In this document: positions 12,101 to 21,534 of the stretch, piece after piece
How positions within the stretch are numbered: position 1 is the first letter of the stretch
How the letters are laid out: each line of letters opens with the position of its first letter
Source: a virus
IMG/VR virus record: IMGVR_UViG_3300046468_001139
Strand: one strand, 5' to 3'
Length of the DNA stretch: 64,000 bases
Translations under genes and position numbers: made by a program
Notes under the pieces: generated by a model
The model's database searches: none
Seen by the model: the letters and a program-made list of their open reading frames with translations, nothing else
What the model was told of the DNA's origin: nothing

Positions 12101-15100
12101 GTAATTGATGTTGTTTGAATAGCAAGTACTCTATCATTAGATCTAATATACTTTAGAACGTCCCATTCAATACCCTTTTTACCAATCCAAACATAATCAC
12201 CAACGTTAAGTGCTGACGGTGATTCTGCTAATAAATCCTCATAGGTTGGTACTGATAATTTTACATCTTGCGGATTTACATATCCTGCTGTCGGTAAAAC
12301 ATTTTTTTGAACATCGTTAGTTGGAAACGGTTTATGATTATATCCTTGAGGTTTTAGATATGTTTCAAAAGGACGTATTCTATAAATTAAATCTGTTTCT
12401 TCACCTGTAACTGTGTCAACTAATTCAACAGGCTGTGGACTTAGTCTAAAGTTTGCTTCGTCAAGTGTATATTCAACTTCATCAAACGCTGTTGATGATC
12501 CATATTGACCTAATCTAAATCCCCATTCTTCATAAAAGTCTAAACTGTCTGCATCTGTGTTAGACAATGCATCAAACAATTTAGTTAAACTGTTTTTTGT
12601 ACCTTTATCTTGAATAAATCCTTGATAGAATTTATACTGACTTACATCATCATTAATAATGTTTTCTAAGTACTTACGCTTTTGATATCCAATTAAATGC
12701 TGTGCTAGTCTTTGCTGATCATTATCAAAGTTGTCTGTATCAAGATCATAAAAATCTCCAAACTGTTTTGCTTTATAATCTAAGTTTGCTTTCAATCCTG
12801 CTTCAGGACGAACTTCTAACTTTTCCCAGTCTGCATTATTAAATATATTTGTTCCAGGTATCTTTACCTTTGCAACATAATAAAATTCTTTATATTTAAC
12901 TGTGTCGCCAACTGCATAATCTTTCCATTGCTCCCAAACAGTAGTAGTAGCACTATCGTAAATAAATCCTGGAATATTAAATCCACCTGTCCAAGCATCA
13001 GTTCTATATCCCATGACTTTAAGTCTTGCTTGACGATAGCCTGGAGCTTGGTCGTAAATTACATCTTTGAATACTGTTGTATTATCAAGTATTACTACAT
13101 GTTCTTTTTGTACTAAAGGAATATTAACATTGTAAATACCATCAGCAGTATTTCTAGTTGATACTGTAAATTCATTATCATTATCTCTACCAACTCTTAC
13201 ATATTCTGGTATTAATTTCTTACCGTCTGCTTTTAATAAACTGTAGTCGTAAAATGTATCAAAAATATTGTCTGCTACATTTTTCTCTTTGTAAAACTTT
13301 AATTGGTTTGCACCCGGACTTAGTGTAATAACACTATTTTCTGCCCAACCTTGTGTTGTCCAGAATAAAAATTCTTTAGCACTTACTCTCCAGTTTTCTA
13401 CATCTAAAATCTTATCACTAAAGTTATTAAATGAAAATCCTTCACTTTCTAAATACTTGCTATAACCTAATAAAAAGTCAACCACTTGCTGTACTGTTCT
13501 AAACATTGTACCATATGCAAGTTCTGCTGGCTCTTTAATTAGTTCAGTATTAAACTCACGTCTAAAGAATGCACTACGGCCGCCTTTCATAGGAAGTTCA
13601 GGTAACTTTTGATATAATGACTGGTCAAAGTCTGATCCAGCTACGTGTTGAGCTTTAGCAACATAATATTCATTGCCAAATTGAATAATAGAACCTTCAG
13701 CGTATGTTTTATTCTCAGTCCATTTTACAAAATCTTCACTAATACCGCCTACTGTAACAATTGGATCATCTGCTTTTGGTGTTGGTGTAAAATACTTAAA
13801 GTACGGATTAACTTTATCGTATCCTCTAATAATAAATCCTTCAGCTTTCTTTTCAATAATTACACCACTGTACGAAACTAGTTCTGTAACAGAACTTGTG
13901 TTTAAGAAAATTTGATAATTTTCTTCTGGTACAAAAACATTGCCTTCATTGTAAGGAGTTCTTGAATCAAGTATTAATTTAAATTTACTCTTTTCAGTAA
14001 ATCCACCAAGTTTAATTCCTAACTTGTTGTCAACAGCTTTTATATTTGTTCTGTACTTTGTATAAACATCAGTATCTTTACTGTTTAAATAGTTTGCAAT
14101 TACGTTTATTAATCCACAAGTGTTTACTCTTGTTTCATCTGTTGAAGTATTTGGAAATACTAAATCTTCTAATCTTAAACGCTTGCCTGTTGGACTATAA
14201 ACAATAGTGCCTGCACTATCTCTAACAATTCTACTTCTATCCCAACCAAGACCACATACTCTACTTGGCTGATTTAACATTAAGGAAATTAATAATGCAA
14301 ATGGATATTCGCTACTTCTTCTCCAAGCAGTTTCTGTTGGTCCTTCGTCACCAAAGTTAAATGGATTTTTAGTACTACCTAATACAAATTCTTTTGCATA
14401 GTTAGCATCAACAGGACTTAATAAATTACCTGCATCATCAACCGGTATCCAATTAGTAAGACCTGGACGTTTGTAATGTTCTAAGTATTCTGCCGGAGCA
14501 CCTGGCTTTCTGCATATACCATCTTCAAGGTCTTGCCATAGCAACATGTTTTCACTTGTGTATGGTGCTTTACCATATTCTGTTTCCCACCATGTAGGCT
14601 TAACACTTAGTCCTAACATTTCCCATGGATGTGTATGTGGACGATCAGTATCAAATGCTTGTTTGTAAACTGCTCTCCAGTATCCTGGATTAGTAGTATT
14701 GTTTGCTCCTAGTGTTGAAGAATAGTTATACGTAAATGTATCTGATGCTTCATAGAAATCATAGTTTGTATAATCTGGATTTCCTACAATTGATAGCCAA
14801 TCAATAAATTCTGTAATCATTCCTTTATCAATAGCCCATTTAGGAATGCCTGTTTCTCTATTTGAGCCGCCAACAAAATCGTGTATATCAAATAGTGATG
14901 TGTTGTATGGAACTTTTAAGTTGTTATAAATTCTTTTTTCTAATTCAAGTAATAACTCATCTCTAAAGTCATTGTATGCTACAAAGGTAGATCCGTCATG
15001 TCCTCTAATAACAGTTTGGTCAACTCCGTAAGTGTTGTCAATAAACTTTTCAGGAACATATGCAGGATATAAACCTAACTTGGTAGGTGTTTCTGGAATA

Positions 15101-18027
15101 TACGATCCGTCTGTGTTTTCGTATTCATATATTGTAATAACATCGTTAATAGCATTTGGAGTTAAAAACTTTACAAAGCCTTCAAACCCTACTTCAAATT
15201 CATAATCTTGTCCGTGGCAAAGTAACTCTCCGTTACGGTAAACACTTATTGCTTGGTTTGATAATGAACGCAAACTAAACTCTGCTGTTAAGCTATAGTA
15301 TTCTTGCGATGCACTAAAAACTGTATGAACAATTTCATTACTAATACCATGACCGATCATATCACTAAAGTAAAACGGCATGTCATTTGTTTTGTTTAAA
15401 TTTAGTTCAGTTATTACTTTATCAAAATGGATTCTTGATGATCCATCATAACCTAAGTTTTCAGCTATTTGTAAAAACTTTCTTCTAAACTTACCATACT
15501 CTGCTCTTGAAAATTTTAATGCGTTAACAATGTTTGCAGTTTTATCTGTTATATGATATACTGCAAGGTTAGCTAATCCACTATGCTGTGTAAATCTACT
15601 TCCGTATGGTGATAAGTTTCCTAAATCTCTTAGGTTACTTGTTCCAGGAAAAGATCCTGTCCAATCATTTCTAAATTCAGTAATACTTTCAACATGGTCA
15701 TTAACTTCGCCTAGTGTAAACGATTCAATATTTTCGTTCTTAGGATTACGCTCATAGTTAATTGGAAATTCGTAAACACCGTTAGCATTTTTCTTTGTAG
15801 CACTATCAGTTTTAATTACTAAAATATCGTCTTTTACAAGATCTTTTGTAAACGTAACATATGCTACACCATTGATTCTGTTTATAGCATAGTCTGTATT
15901 TTCTAATTTACGTTTATCGTTAACATAAACTCTAACCCAAAGGTCGTTTAAGTCTCCACTGCGATCATATACGTCAATAGCAAAATCATTAAACTGTGTT
16001 GCTACAACATATTGCCTGTTGACTAATTGTTTACTTTCTGTATTACCTTTTATCCAACCACTTACATATGTAAATGTTTCTCTGTCGCTATACTGTCTTA
16101 GTACACCGTTATCAGACTTTGCAGTAATAACTGCATTATTTTGTTGGTATGTATGTGTTGTGTTTAACAAGTTAAAGTCAAACTCAATATCACCTGTATT
16201 TTCTAATGCTCTATAACTTAAAGGAAATCCTAATTCAACATCATTAGTTCCTGTACCTTGCTTGTAACTAAACAGTTTATTACCAATGAACGTTGTGCTA
16301 GGATATGTTGTTGTATTAGAAAAACTAACACCATTAGTATCAAACAAGTCAAACATTGGTGTTTGATTAGTTGCTGTTTTTTCTTGTGCTACACACCATT
16401 TAGTTCCGTTGTAATACCACATTTTACCTTTGTTAGTATTACCAGCTTCAACTAGTACTACTTCATTTAACAATGGTGCTGTATCAGTTTCTTCAATTAA
16501 ACTAATTTGTCTAATATTGTTATGAGTAATAAAGTTTACTTTGTAAATTTTACCGTTAACTCTTGTATCAGGATCACCTGTAAACAAGATACGCATACCG
16601 TCTGCAATATCAACTCCGTCAATATTATAACCTAATGAACCTTCAATAGTACTAAACACATCAGATGTAAATGTATCAATTAAGTCTACATTATCTTTTG
16701 CTGAAGTTCCAAACTCATGTAATTTAATATTTTCGTTAAATTCAACGATTGGACGTTTGGCTCTGTTTGCTTGATCTATTTCTGGAACAATTCCATTAAT
16801 AGTTGCTGTAGTTTCGATAACAGATTTGTGTGTCCATCTGTTATATCTTGACCATGGATTTAAATCATTACTTGATCTGTTCATACAAACATAATCTTTT
16901 GTACCTGCAAAACTATTTGCATTACTAAACGGTACTCTGTCAAATGCTTCTGAATCAAACGGTACTGGTTTGTCTGTAGAATATGTTCCAGGTATTTGTA
17001 CGTTTGCTTCGGATACTAATTTAATTTTATCTCCTACACCTTCAACATACCATTCGCCTTCGGCATATTTTGCAGGAGTTACATCACCTTGGAAATATAC
17101 TTTCATTCCATTTGATAACGCATACCCGTTTGACATTGTATAACTTTGTTTGCCAAGTATTTCTGCTTCAACATCAATTTTACTGTTTTCTACAATATCA
17201 TAAATTTTAATTAATCCACTTGTATTAATATCATTACCATTAATATAATATAATGTATCTGGTGCATTAATATCAACTTCAAATGTAATTGTACCAACAT
17301 CAGTTGTTTGTGTACTATCGTCAACGCCAGTTGTATATAATACTTCAGCATCTAAACTTCTAGCAGTTCTAAATGTTAAAGGCATACCTGGAGTATTAAG
17401 AACAAACGTATATGTTTGTCCTCTATATAATTTTAATGATGGGTTTTGTGTTTTGCCATCTGGGGAAAATACATATGCAGTATTATCAAGATTGTCTTGA
17501 CTAGTAACAGTAAATGTACTGTCAATATCTTTGGCTTGTCCTGCAACACCAATACCTATTGGACCGTTTGGTAACCAATAATATTCTCTGTAGTTAGTAA
17601 ACTTATCCCAATTAATATGTGGGTTCCAAGAATAGTATTCTTGTTTGTTTAGTACGCTATCGTTATTAACTGTACCATTGAATGCTTTAATTTGATTTTT
17701 AAAATCGTTATAATCTTTGTAGAATGTAACGTTGTTTAATTCATCTTGAACTATTGTAGCAGGTTCAAACTGATAGTTTTCTCTATCAGCATTAGTATCT
17801 GAAATATAATTATCAGATGCAACTCTAGCTTTTGCAATACGTCTTCCGTAGTATGCTGATATCTTTTCAGCAACTCCTGGATTTAAAAGTTGATCGAGTG
17901 TAGCACTAAGAAACTTTTTATTCGACTCCGTTCTAAAATACTTAGGTAGGTGATCTGCACTAGTTCTTTTAGATTGATTTGCTCCAACTGGAAGAGCAGT
18001 ATCGGATTGATTATCGTTAAAAGCCAT
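3193..18027 (-). CDS. Giant (4944 aa) baseplate wedge / fibre-attachment protein (gp7-like position)
   Basis: Uninterrupted 14.8-kb ORF directly after gp6. Contains FG-GAP-like propeller motifs (FGKSVAI...LAIGAP), GSGY hinge motifs and repeated F.G.GS...F.L beta modules. Confidence 0.65.
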   Translation of the reverse strand: MAFNDNQSDTALPVGANQSKRTSADHLPKYFRTESNKKFLSATLDQLLNPGVAEKISAYYGRRIAKARVASDNYISDTNADRENYQFEPATIVQDELNNVTFYKDYNDFKNQIKAFNGTVNNDSVLNKQEYYSWNPHINWDKFTNYREYYWLPNGPIGIGVAGQAKDIDSTFTVTSQDNLDNTAYVFSPDGKTQNPSLKLYRGQTYTFVLNTPGMPLTFRTARSLDAEVLYTTGVDDSTQTTDVGTITFEVDINAPDTLYYINGNDINTSGLIKIYDIVENSKIDVEAEILGKQSYTMSNGYALSNGMKVYFQGDVTPAKYAEGEWYVEGVGDKIKLVSEANVQIPGTYSTDKPVPFDSEAFDRVPFSNANSFAGTKDYVCMNRSSNDLNPWSRYNRWTHKSVIETTATINGIVPEIDQANRAKRPIVEFNENIKLHEFGTSAKDNVDLIDTFTSDVFSTIEGSLGYNIDGVDIADGMRILFTGDPDTRVNGKIYKVNFITHNNIRQISLIEETDTAPLLNEVVLVEAGNTNKGKMWYYNGTKWCVAQEKTATNQTPMFDLFDTNGVSFSNTTTYPSTTFIGNKLFSYKQGTGTNDVELGFPLSYRALENTGDIEFDFNLLNTTHTYQQNNAVITAKSDNGVLRQYSDRETFTYVSGWIKGNTESKQLVNRQYVVATQFNDFAIDVYDRSGDLNDLWVRVYVNDKRKLENTDYAINRINGVAYVTFTKDLVKDDILVIKTDSATKKNANGVYEFPINYERNPKNENIESFTLGEVNDHVESITEFRNDWTGSFPGTSNLRDLGNLSPYGSRFTQHSGLANLAVYHITDKTANIVNALKFSRAEYGKFRRKFLQIAENLGYDGSSRIHFDKVITELNLNKTNDMPFYFSDMIGHGISNEIVHTVFSASQEYYSLTAEFSLRSLSNQAISVYRNGELLCHGQDYEFEVGFEGFVKFLTPNAINDVITIYEYENTDGSYIPETPTKLGLYPAYVPEKFIDNTYGVDQTVIRGHDGSTFVAYNDFRDELLLELEKRIYNNLKVPYNTSLFDIHDFVGGSNRETGIPKWAIDKGMITEFIDWLSIVGNPDYTNYDFYEASDTFTYNYSSTLGANNTTNPGYWRAVYKQAFDTDRPHTHPWEMLGLSVKPTWWETEYGKAPYTSENMLLWQDLEDGICRKPGAPAEYLEHYKRPGLTNWIPVDDAGNLLSPVDANYAKEFVLGSTKNPFNFGDEGPTETAWRRSSEYPFALLISLMLNQPSRVCGLGWDRSRIVRDSAGTIVYSPTGKRLRLEDLVFPNTSTDETRVNTCGLINVIANYLNSKDTDVYTKYRTNIKAVDNKLGIKLGGFTEKSKFKLILDSRTPYNEGNVFVPEENYQIFLNTSSVTELVSYSGVIIEKKAEGFIIRGYDKVNPYFKYFTPTPKADDPIVTVGGISEDFVKWTENKTYAEGSIIQFGNEYYVAKAQHVAGSDFDQSLYQKLPELPMKGGRSAFFRREFNTELIKEPAELAYGTMFRTVQQVVDFLLGYSKYLESEGFSFNNFSDKILDVENWRVSAKEFLFWTTQGWAENSVITLSPGANQLKFYKEKNVADNIFDTFYDYSLLKADGKKLIPEYVRVGRDNDNEFTVSTRNTADGIYNVNIPLVQKEHVVILDNTTVFKDVIYDQAPGYRQARLKVMGYRTDAWTGGFNIPGFIYDSATTTVWEQWKDYAVGDTVKYKEFYYVAKVKIPGTNIFNNADWEKLEVRPEAGLKANLDYKAKQFGDFYDLDTDNFDNDQQRLAQHLIGYQKRKYLENIINDDVSQYKFYQGFIQDKGTKNSLTKLFDALSNTDADSLDFYEEWGFRLGQYGSSTAFDEVEYTLDEANFRLSPQPVELVDTVTGEETDLIYRIRPFETYLKPQGYNHKPFPTNDVQKNVLPTAGYVNPQDVKLSVPTYEDLLAESPSALNVGDYVWIGKKGIEWDVLKYIRSNDRVLAIQTTSITGVEEFVITLGKQSKYEVDEIIGIVDVEGAEKFFKVKRNELDTLICYPNGTVEDAELVNGFVTKFNSNRTTSFDSANLLLSDYNNDLKVGETIWIDKDITDNWLVLKNEPVHSEQQVLSNIKTSDSSVEFGKVIAADQRNTTLAISAPGNSEVYLFGRTTDTTDFTHLQTIEDPGSTYYSGNGNFGKSVAIAEDGEFLAIGAPQASNVKTLYKGEFSDSSNYATNDIVSYKQNLWKANYGITAASGSFTFNSYQASHDVAVASYADGAYPETVYAIRGRYSFDGATDHILVRAPKDPYEGSSVNDKISLQWNQYSQNYPNGILPFGVNGPGTASFEGTKVIAGKIDAILYVDNILRTPAVGDIVSTPTAIGTVQDIIIDNVNSAMLYMTDVNGEFESTGSLITNGVDMGTYEAVEFANPNTTYGGWWRIDGINSFTTTEKTITVPNLVIGDFILETESRTPEVAANTMDDVNAFNNDIGNPTKGGKIGILSYYDKQGLPVTEPYWFVRAPKAITDTLSPTDNFTMSMNQVRDSLNTLYDPSALGLSFNYINSPHTVHDLWDGYIDITFTNFTPPPNQVPYVPVEGDIVTQLFTGAYAEVAYVQEGLLGARVFVKNLNTSAGVFAYGNTHGATGDLHISNWQGQGFNRLTGRIESTDLTTDFSGKYIVVRNNDSTLLQVVTPSFKNEIEFQFYTNRSVTGAARTANIPSPLNKEYTQIFNLPIDPKDGVASSYSNEGAYFIYNKTGSGEYSLQHGYTNLERGNNKNLGTQIEMTKQDNLYRLFVSAPGAGNGTNPGRIHFIKHGVDSDGSEFNWAFTNNPSYKGVFSDAVPYYTDDIVLYNNQFYKSLTNQVASAFSSSWILLAQNIDFIGYVPNDTGYQPDGDSTFDNESNTLYNFAHPFTVNKNGNVLATVADFENATPKIAIYRFNNNHYEYSQVIDTPVASTKYASAIAISDDGELIAVGAPLDDSIANDNGKVYVYKNTEGTFNLFQELYSPDSSVAERFGQTVDFSGNELMISSQGGNLVDNTSFDRYTAAMDPQPQTYLDDSTLVTAQYVNSKESDLAVETTYDNNLTQFSKENLDSGEVFIYQYVGGYLLYAEKLAFNNSNVERFGEFIHASNNHIYVSMPELSASNTGNNFIGTVVDYKRQRNELPWKTYRSPTRQVDLDKFKGVFVYSKDGSGTATQLDYIDPIQGKIAGPAEEELAFTTPFDPATYTQTDQSNVNVDTENYWANEHVGKLWWDISTVQWIEPYQNNIIYNTANFNQQMVGSSIDVYEWVETSLTPTQWLELADTEDGLARGISGTPKYGTTTFVTKRLYNSVSSSFYNKYYYWVKNTKIIPTLENRRSSAYDVAQLINDPAGQGYKFVAVYSNDRFGLYNCGSLVEEDKKAINFRYWTIPNQEINQHNQYQLITDGLATSKPNKDLEAKWIDSLVGVDIYNRPVPDPALSPKQKYGVLNRPRQSMFKNSTEALKQVIERTNRVLAKELIVDEYSFTNLLSSDPQPDIISSKYDVAIDTYSELSFVNISKVKPATLTPVFEEGKLVRVDITNPGSGYITVPTYEFEQVGDGEKAQVTLTLNTAGGIGSVTVRNPGKNYSPNTNLSVRLFSVLVKSDETVNSKWSIFSYNTVLAEYQRTATQAYDVSNWWNYIDWYDAGYSKFTDIDFTIDESYLLTSLNDTIGDIIKIKNIGTGGWLLLEKISNEEASDYTSNYRTIGRQDGTIEFKEELYNFTKSFVGFDGLSYDTAFYDNQPTNELRIILKSLRDDIFVDGLEVEYNQLFLASIRYAFAEQPFVDWAFKTSFIKAKHNAGDLQQKVTFQNDSLPSYEEFVKETKPFKTKIREYLSNYTKTDLTSSSISDFDFAPQYNEDTQRIEPASLKVKDNLIYGQDATLNTYPNKHWLDNVGFEVASCNISDKGLGYTEIPVIKFVGGGGTGAKGLAKLGSGGSVVSIEVTNPGSGYLSAPTIEIEGSLSTVNESRIAKASAQLGNSKIRAMHLRSKFDRVTGTFLITSLAETQTFAGNNSKTFFDVKWPMDVRRNQVTITVNGIEELQGNYSVSNEEYTDKSYTRYKGRITFDNPPANNAVIVVTYKKDVSMLQAQDRINLFYNPSTGQLGNDISQLMDGVDYGGVQVKSFAFNTGTGYGNEPYYTTTWDSYDATYEDEIFQLDGSTQVLTLSAPLVNGVTYNVYKNGIRIDDPEYDGSTVPGNPNAVMNSLVGDGTTDTFVIDNDKIPTAGNDVIVIRKSTSDGSFLPDADAYDTMLQGGDIAYSTAKGISAEEIVVDGDGFVTPLTSKGPEELVPGQLLDSVNIKVYDRINDGSSIINNYNYIYTGSRTFKLDRVPASSKDVFVKANGTILDSGNNSLFTVNYQDKTLTLDNSVAIANGQSVNIITMSANGENILDADTFTGDGSTSVFVTSVKFKQGLSLFITKDGAPIDAVLAETDSTYETAGQVLLRLPIAPLPGELIQYVIYDSAAKSFSQISIDEFTGSGSLQTFNLANAPFTQRPLANSVVVKVGNKILTPGYNQQYTVSSTREYKLRDWQVGLAQIPAEKIKVFLNGVEQILSTSYIWNRFNSSVELFAGVGNNGDILDVYLLGDGEYDFGVFDANGYWNETPNQVQLTTAPQNGEKVTVYQFSNHDVAKIERINLDVVARATLTTDTKEYNEYHQLANGFIKLRTPAIDTSYVWLTKNGELLSPNVEYALLEDKVTIRVAVDIDANDEMEVIHFSNSTIIPKFGFSQFKDMLNRTHFKRLGDESRYFLAEDLNYYDTSIKVTNSDTLPQPNKDRSIPGIVFIDGERIEYYLKEGGVLRQLRRGTLGTGIATVHAKGTELIDQSNKQTVPYQDRTLQQTFTADGSTSSIVVDFIPNSVHEFEIFVAGKRLRKNAINTYDPTVDLDSPEADIVSPAEFSVDGTTSTVVLAETPPINTKIVVVRRIGKPWTDSGIPLHRQENDIARFLRTTEVALPK

Positions 18028-18040
18028 TTAGCTTATCCCC

Positions 18041-21000
18041 TTAATAAGATGAACTACTGTAAGTAGTGCCACTTGTAATTCCGCTGTTTGTTGACGTACT
18101 TGACGCTGTTACAACATTTCCTGTTGCTTGTATTCTACTTGCCGTAATTGCATCAATAACTTGAACATCATCAACTGTCGCACCACTGATAAAAATTTCA
18201 TCTGATTCGCTACGTATTTCAAACAAACTACCAAATGCTTGTCCTGTTTGTTTTGGAACAATAATCAAACTTACTAAGTCCGGGTTAACTGCGTTCATTA
18301 CGTATGTGCTTAATTCTGTAAAGTAAAAAGTATCACCAAAGTCCCAGTTCTCTAATGCAAAGAATTGGTTGATTGCATTAATAACTTTTGATTTAATATC
18401 ATTATCATTAACAACTTGTTCTGGGTTTTTTACAATTTTAAATGTTGCCTGCATATTAGTTTCTGCTTTATCTCCGAACAGTACTTTATACTTAACTGGA
18501 TGATAAATTAGCTCATCACTAATTGACTTAATTTTATTAATTTCAGCACCATAACTATTAAACAAGTTATCACTACTTGGAGGCAATGGTAAACTTGATG
18601 TTACACCACTTAAATATTGTCTAAAGTTTGTATCGTATGTTTTTGTTAACAAGTAACAATCATTAATATTAGAACTACTTGGATCAATACGAGCATCATC
18701 ATCTGCTGTATGCACATAATGGAATTTTAATTTATCTCTACCTGTGAATGCTTTGTAGTCTGTTGTTTGTGTTAGTAACAATGTAGTTGCATCATACTTT
18801 TTAAATACATCTGTTTTTACAACATAAAATACTTTTCCTGTTGGCATGCCTGAAGTTTGAATAAAACTATCATTAGTAACAACTGTAATTTTTTCAATAT
18901 CATTGTCAACATATTTAAAATCTTCAATATTATCTGATGTTATGTATTTCTTTAAGAAAACAAATTTATCATTAACATTAGTTTCAGGTGCAATTAATAC
19001 GTTAAATGTATCTGGATCATCAACAACTGAATCATCGTCTGTATCAAAGAACCCAACTTCAACTTTTTTGCTATCAATATATCCTTCAGGATCTCTATAC
19101 TCTTTTGTAATTTGCCAAGGATAATCAATAGTAAATGGTGTAATAGCATCTGGAACTGTATTAATAGATAGTACTTCAATTTTATCTTTAACAATTTGTC
19201 CTGTTTTATTATCGTAAATTTTTTGTTCGCTATCGTAAAAGAATTTAATTTCTTGATTACTTTCAAACACATATCGTAACCCTCTGTAACTTACAGTATA
19301 CTGAGCTCCGTCTGTTTCAAATAGTAACAACCAACTTGCATCTAATTGCTGGTTAGTAATATCACCTGTTTTACCTGTACTAAAGTTACTTGTGATATCT
19401 AAATTGTTTTCTGTAATTAAACGCCATTGTCTTAAATTCGTATCGTATCTTAATCCAAATGTTTTGTATGCAAAAATTTGATCAATAATTTGTGTTTTAA
19501 CATCAGTAACAAGTGCTTTACTAAACTTTGGTCTAATCTCTGAAAGTACTGCACCTGTTGGTATTACATCGTTAAATGCAATTGGTCCACTACCGTCAGT
19601 ATTATCAGTTCTGCCATCGCCTACTACAGAAATAACTTTAGTCCAAGAATATGTTTTTGTTCCTGCTGGTAAAATATTTCCAGTTGCAAGTGTACCATCT
19701 TTAGCAAAATACTGTCCTGCTGGTGCAACAAATTTAATTAAACTTCCTGGTTCAATAAAACGTAATCCACTACCTGTAAATGTTCCAACTTGGTATGTAG
19801 AACTAACTGAATCTAAAAACTTACCTGTACTGTAATTTGTACTTGTTGACGACTGTGACCAACTTGCTTGTAAATCAGAAACTAAAACTTTTGGAAACTT
19901 ATCTAAGTAATAATTAATAACTGATGTTTTTGACAGTATTGGAGTAATTGTATTTTCAATAGTACCTTCAACATCTGTTCTAGTACTAAAAGTAAACGAC
20001 TCTTTACTGTCTGTTAATTCTTTGTATAGCAAACCGTCTGTACCAAACAAACTAGTATTTGAATACTTTCCTGTTGCATCAAGTAAATCGTAATATCTAC
20101 TAATACCACTTGCTGTTCTATTAACAGTTTTTACTTTAATAATTTCTTGGCTAACTCCTAATGGTGCAACTTGGTAATCTTCACCAGTTACCATTCTATT
20201 TTGTGTGTAGTACGTTGCAGGAGCATTTGCTTTAATACTTGCGTTTGATTCACTTAAACTTGCATTGTCAACTGTATACTTTAAAGAAAATACTAAGTTT
20301 AATACTTCAGCGTTTCCTGCTTTAGATGTATAAGGAACTGTTACAGAAATATTTGTTAAGTCTTTAGGAACAACATTAAATGTATCATTTGCACTAGTTC
20401 TAAAAAATGCTTTAAATTGTCCTTTAGGAAGATTACCAAATGTTCCATCACTAAAGATCATATCAATTGAATCTTGTGCTTTTGTTAATACAGCATAAAT
20501 GTTTCTTTGATTTTTTCTTGTACTATTATAAACAATGTTGTTTCCTTCAACTGCATCAACCTTTGTCCATAACTGATCCTCAGCGCCAACTGAGTTTAGT
20601 TTGTAAAGCCAAACATCGTCATTGTTAACGTTAGTTGCATCAATGCTTACTGTTTGGTTAGTGCTTGGTGTATCAACATTAAATACTCCGCTGTCAAGAG
20701 TACCTTGACGGAAGTGTGCAAAAAATCCTGAGTTTGACGAACCTGGTCCTCTGCCATCATCTCTATAAAGAAATCCTAAACTGTTTCCTGGAAGTGGTGC
20801 TTCTTCTGATATAACACCATCAACGACATCAGTACTAACAAGTTGAAACTGTAAACTTCTACCGTCAACATTTTTACTAAAAGTGTAAACTGGAACATCG
20901 GTGTTTGATCCGTTAAATCTATACTGGTCTGTTGGAACACCTTCTACTTTATCTTTTTTAATTGGTTTTCCGTATTGCGAATTAAGTGGCAATGCGGCAT

Positions 21001-21481
21001 TAAGTACTCTTTCAAATTGCTCTCTCCAATTAGAATTACTAGGATCGTTCCAAATAACTCCTTGGTTAGCAAGATTTGTACCATTACTATCTAATATATC
21101 TTCTGACGTTGAAGCACTTTCCATTTTAAGCAATCCGTTAGCTGGTTTATTACGCTTTGGATTGTAAGAAAGCAAACGTGCTAAACGTAGAACACTTTCT
21201 CTACGTGATGCAAGTTCTAAAAAGTTTTCTCTAGCATTTAAATCAACACGGAAAGCAACGTTTTGTCCTAGGAAAGCAATAAGGTCAATTAGTGCCAAGT
21301 ATTCACTTGATTCAATGTAATCGTTAAAATCTTCTGGATAGTTTTGACGCAGATAGTTAATCATTGTTCTACGTAAGTTGTCAAAATCGTAAGATTTAAA
21401 TTCAGCATTACGGAAAGATTGGTATACTTTAGCCCAATCTTCTGCTATTAATAATCTATTCTGTCTATCTGTTGCCGCCAT
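18041..21481 (-). CDS. gp6: Baseplate wedge subunit gp6-like
   Basis: YDFDNLRRTMINYLR...FNDYIESS, ARENFLELA.RRESVLRLA..L.Y.P, FSDGTFG, QNRMVTGEDY; adjacent to gp25. Confidence 0.85.
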   Translation of the reverse strand: MAATDRQNRLLIAEDWAKVYQSFRNAEFKSYDFDNLRRTMINYLRQNYPEDFNDYIESSEYLALIDLIAFLGQNVAFRVDLNARENFLELASRRESVLRLARLLSYNPKRNKPANGLLKMESASTSEDILDSNGTNLANQGVIWNDPSNSNWREQFERVLNAALPLNSQYGKPIKKDKVEGVPTDQYRFNGSNTDVPVYTFSKNVDGRSLQFQLVSTDVVDGVISEEAPLPGNSLGFLYRDDGRGPGSSNSGFFAHFRQGTLDSGVFNVDTPSTNQTVSIDATNVNNDDVWLYKLNSVGAEDQLWTKVDAVEGNNIVYNSTRKNQRNIYAVLTKAQDSIDMIFSDGTFGNLPKGQFKAFFRTSANDTFNVVPKDLTNISVTVPYTSKAGNAEVLNLVFSLKYTVDNASLSESNASIKANAPATYYTQNRMVTGEDYQVAPLGVSQEIIKVKTVNRTASGISRYYDLLDATGKYSNTSLFGTDGLLYKELTDSKESFTFSTRTDVEGTIENTITPILSKTSVINYYLDKFPKVLVSDLQASWSQSSTSTNYSTGKFLDSVSSTYQVGTFTGSGLRFIEPGSLIKFVAPAGQYFAKDGTLATGNILPAGTKTYSWTKVISVVGDGRTDNTDGSGPIAFNDVIPTGAVLSEIRPKFSKALVTDVKTQIIDQIFAYKTFGLRYDTNLRQWRLITENNLDITSNFSTGKTGDITNQQLDASWLLLFETDGAQYTVSYRGLRYVFESNQEIKFFYDSEQKIYDNKTGQIVKDKIEVLSINTVPDAITPFTIDYPWQITKEYRDPEGYIDSKKVEVGFFDTDDDSVVDDPDTFNVLIAPETNVNDKFVFLKKYITSDNIEDFKYVDNDIEKITVVTNDSFIQTSGMPTGKVFYVVKTDVFKKYDATTLLLTQTTDYKAFTGRDKLKFHYVHTADDDARIDPSSSNINDCYLLTKTYDTNFRQYLSGVTSSLPLPPSSDNLFNSYGAEINKIKSISDELIYHPVKYKVLFGDKAETNMQATFKIVKNPEQVVNDNDIKSKVINAINQFFALENWDFGDTFYFTELSTYVMNAVNPDLVSLIIVPKQTGQAFGSLFEIRSESDEIFISGATVDDVQVIDAITASRIQATGNVVTASSTSTNSGITSGTTYSSSSY

Positions 21482-21534
21482 TTGTTTGCTTTCCTTAGTA
21501 TAATACTATTTAGTGTAATCTGTTAAGTGTGTAG

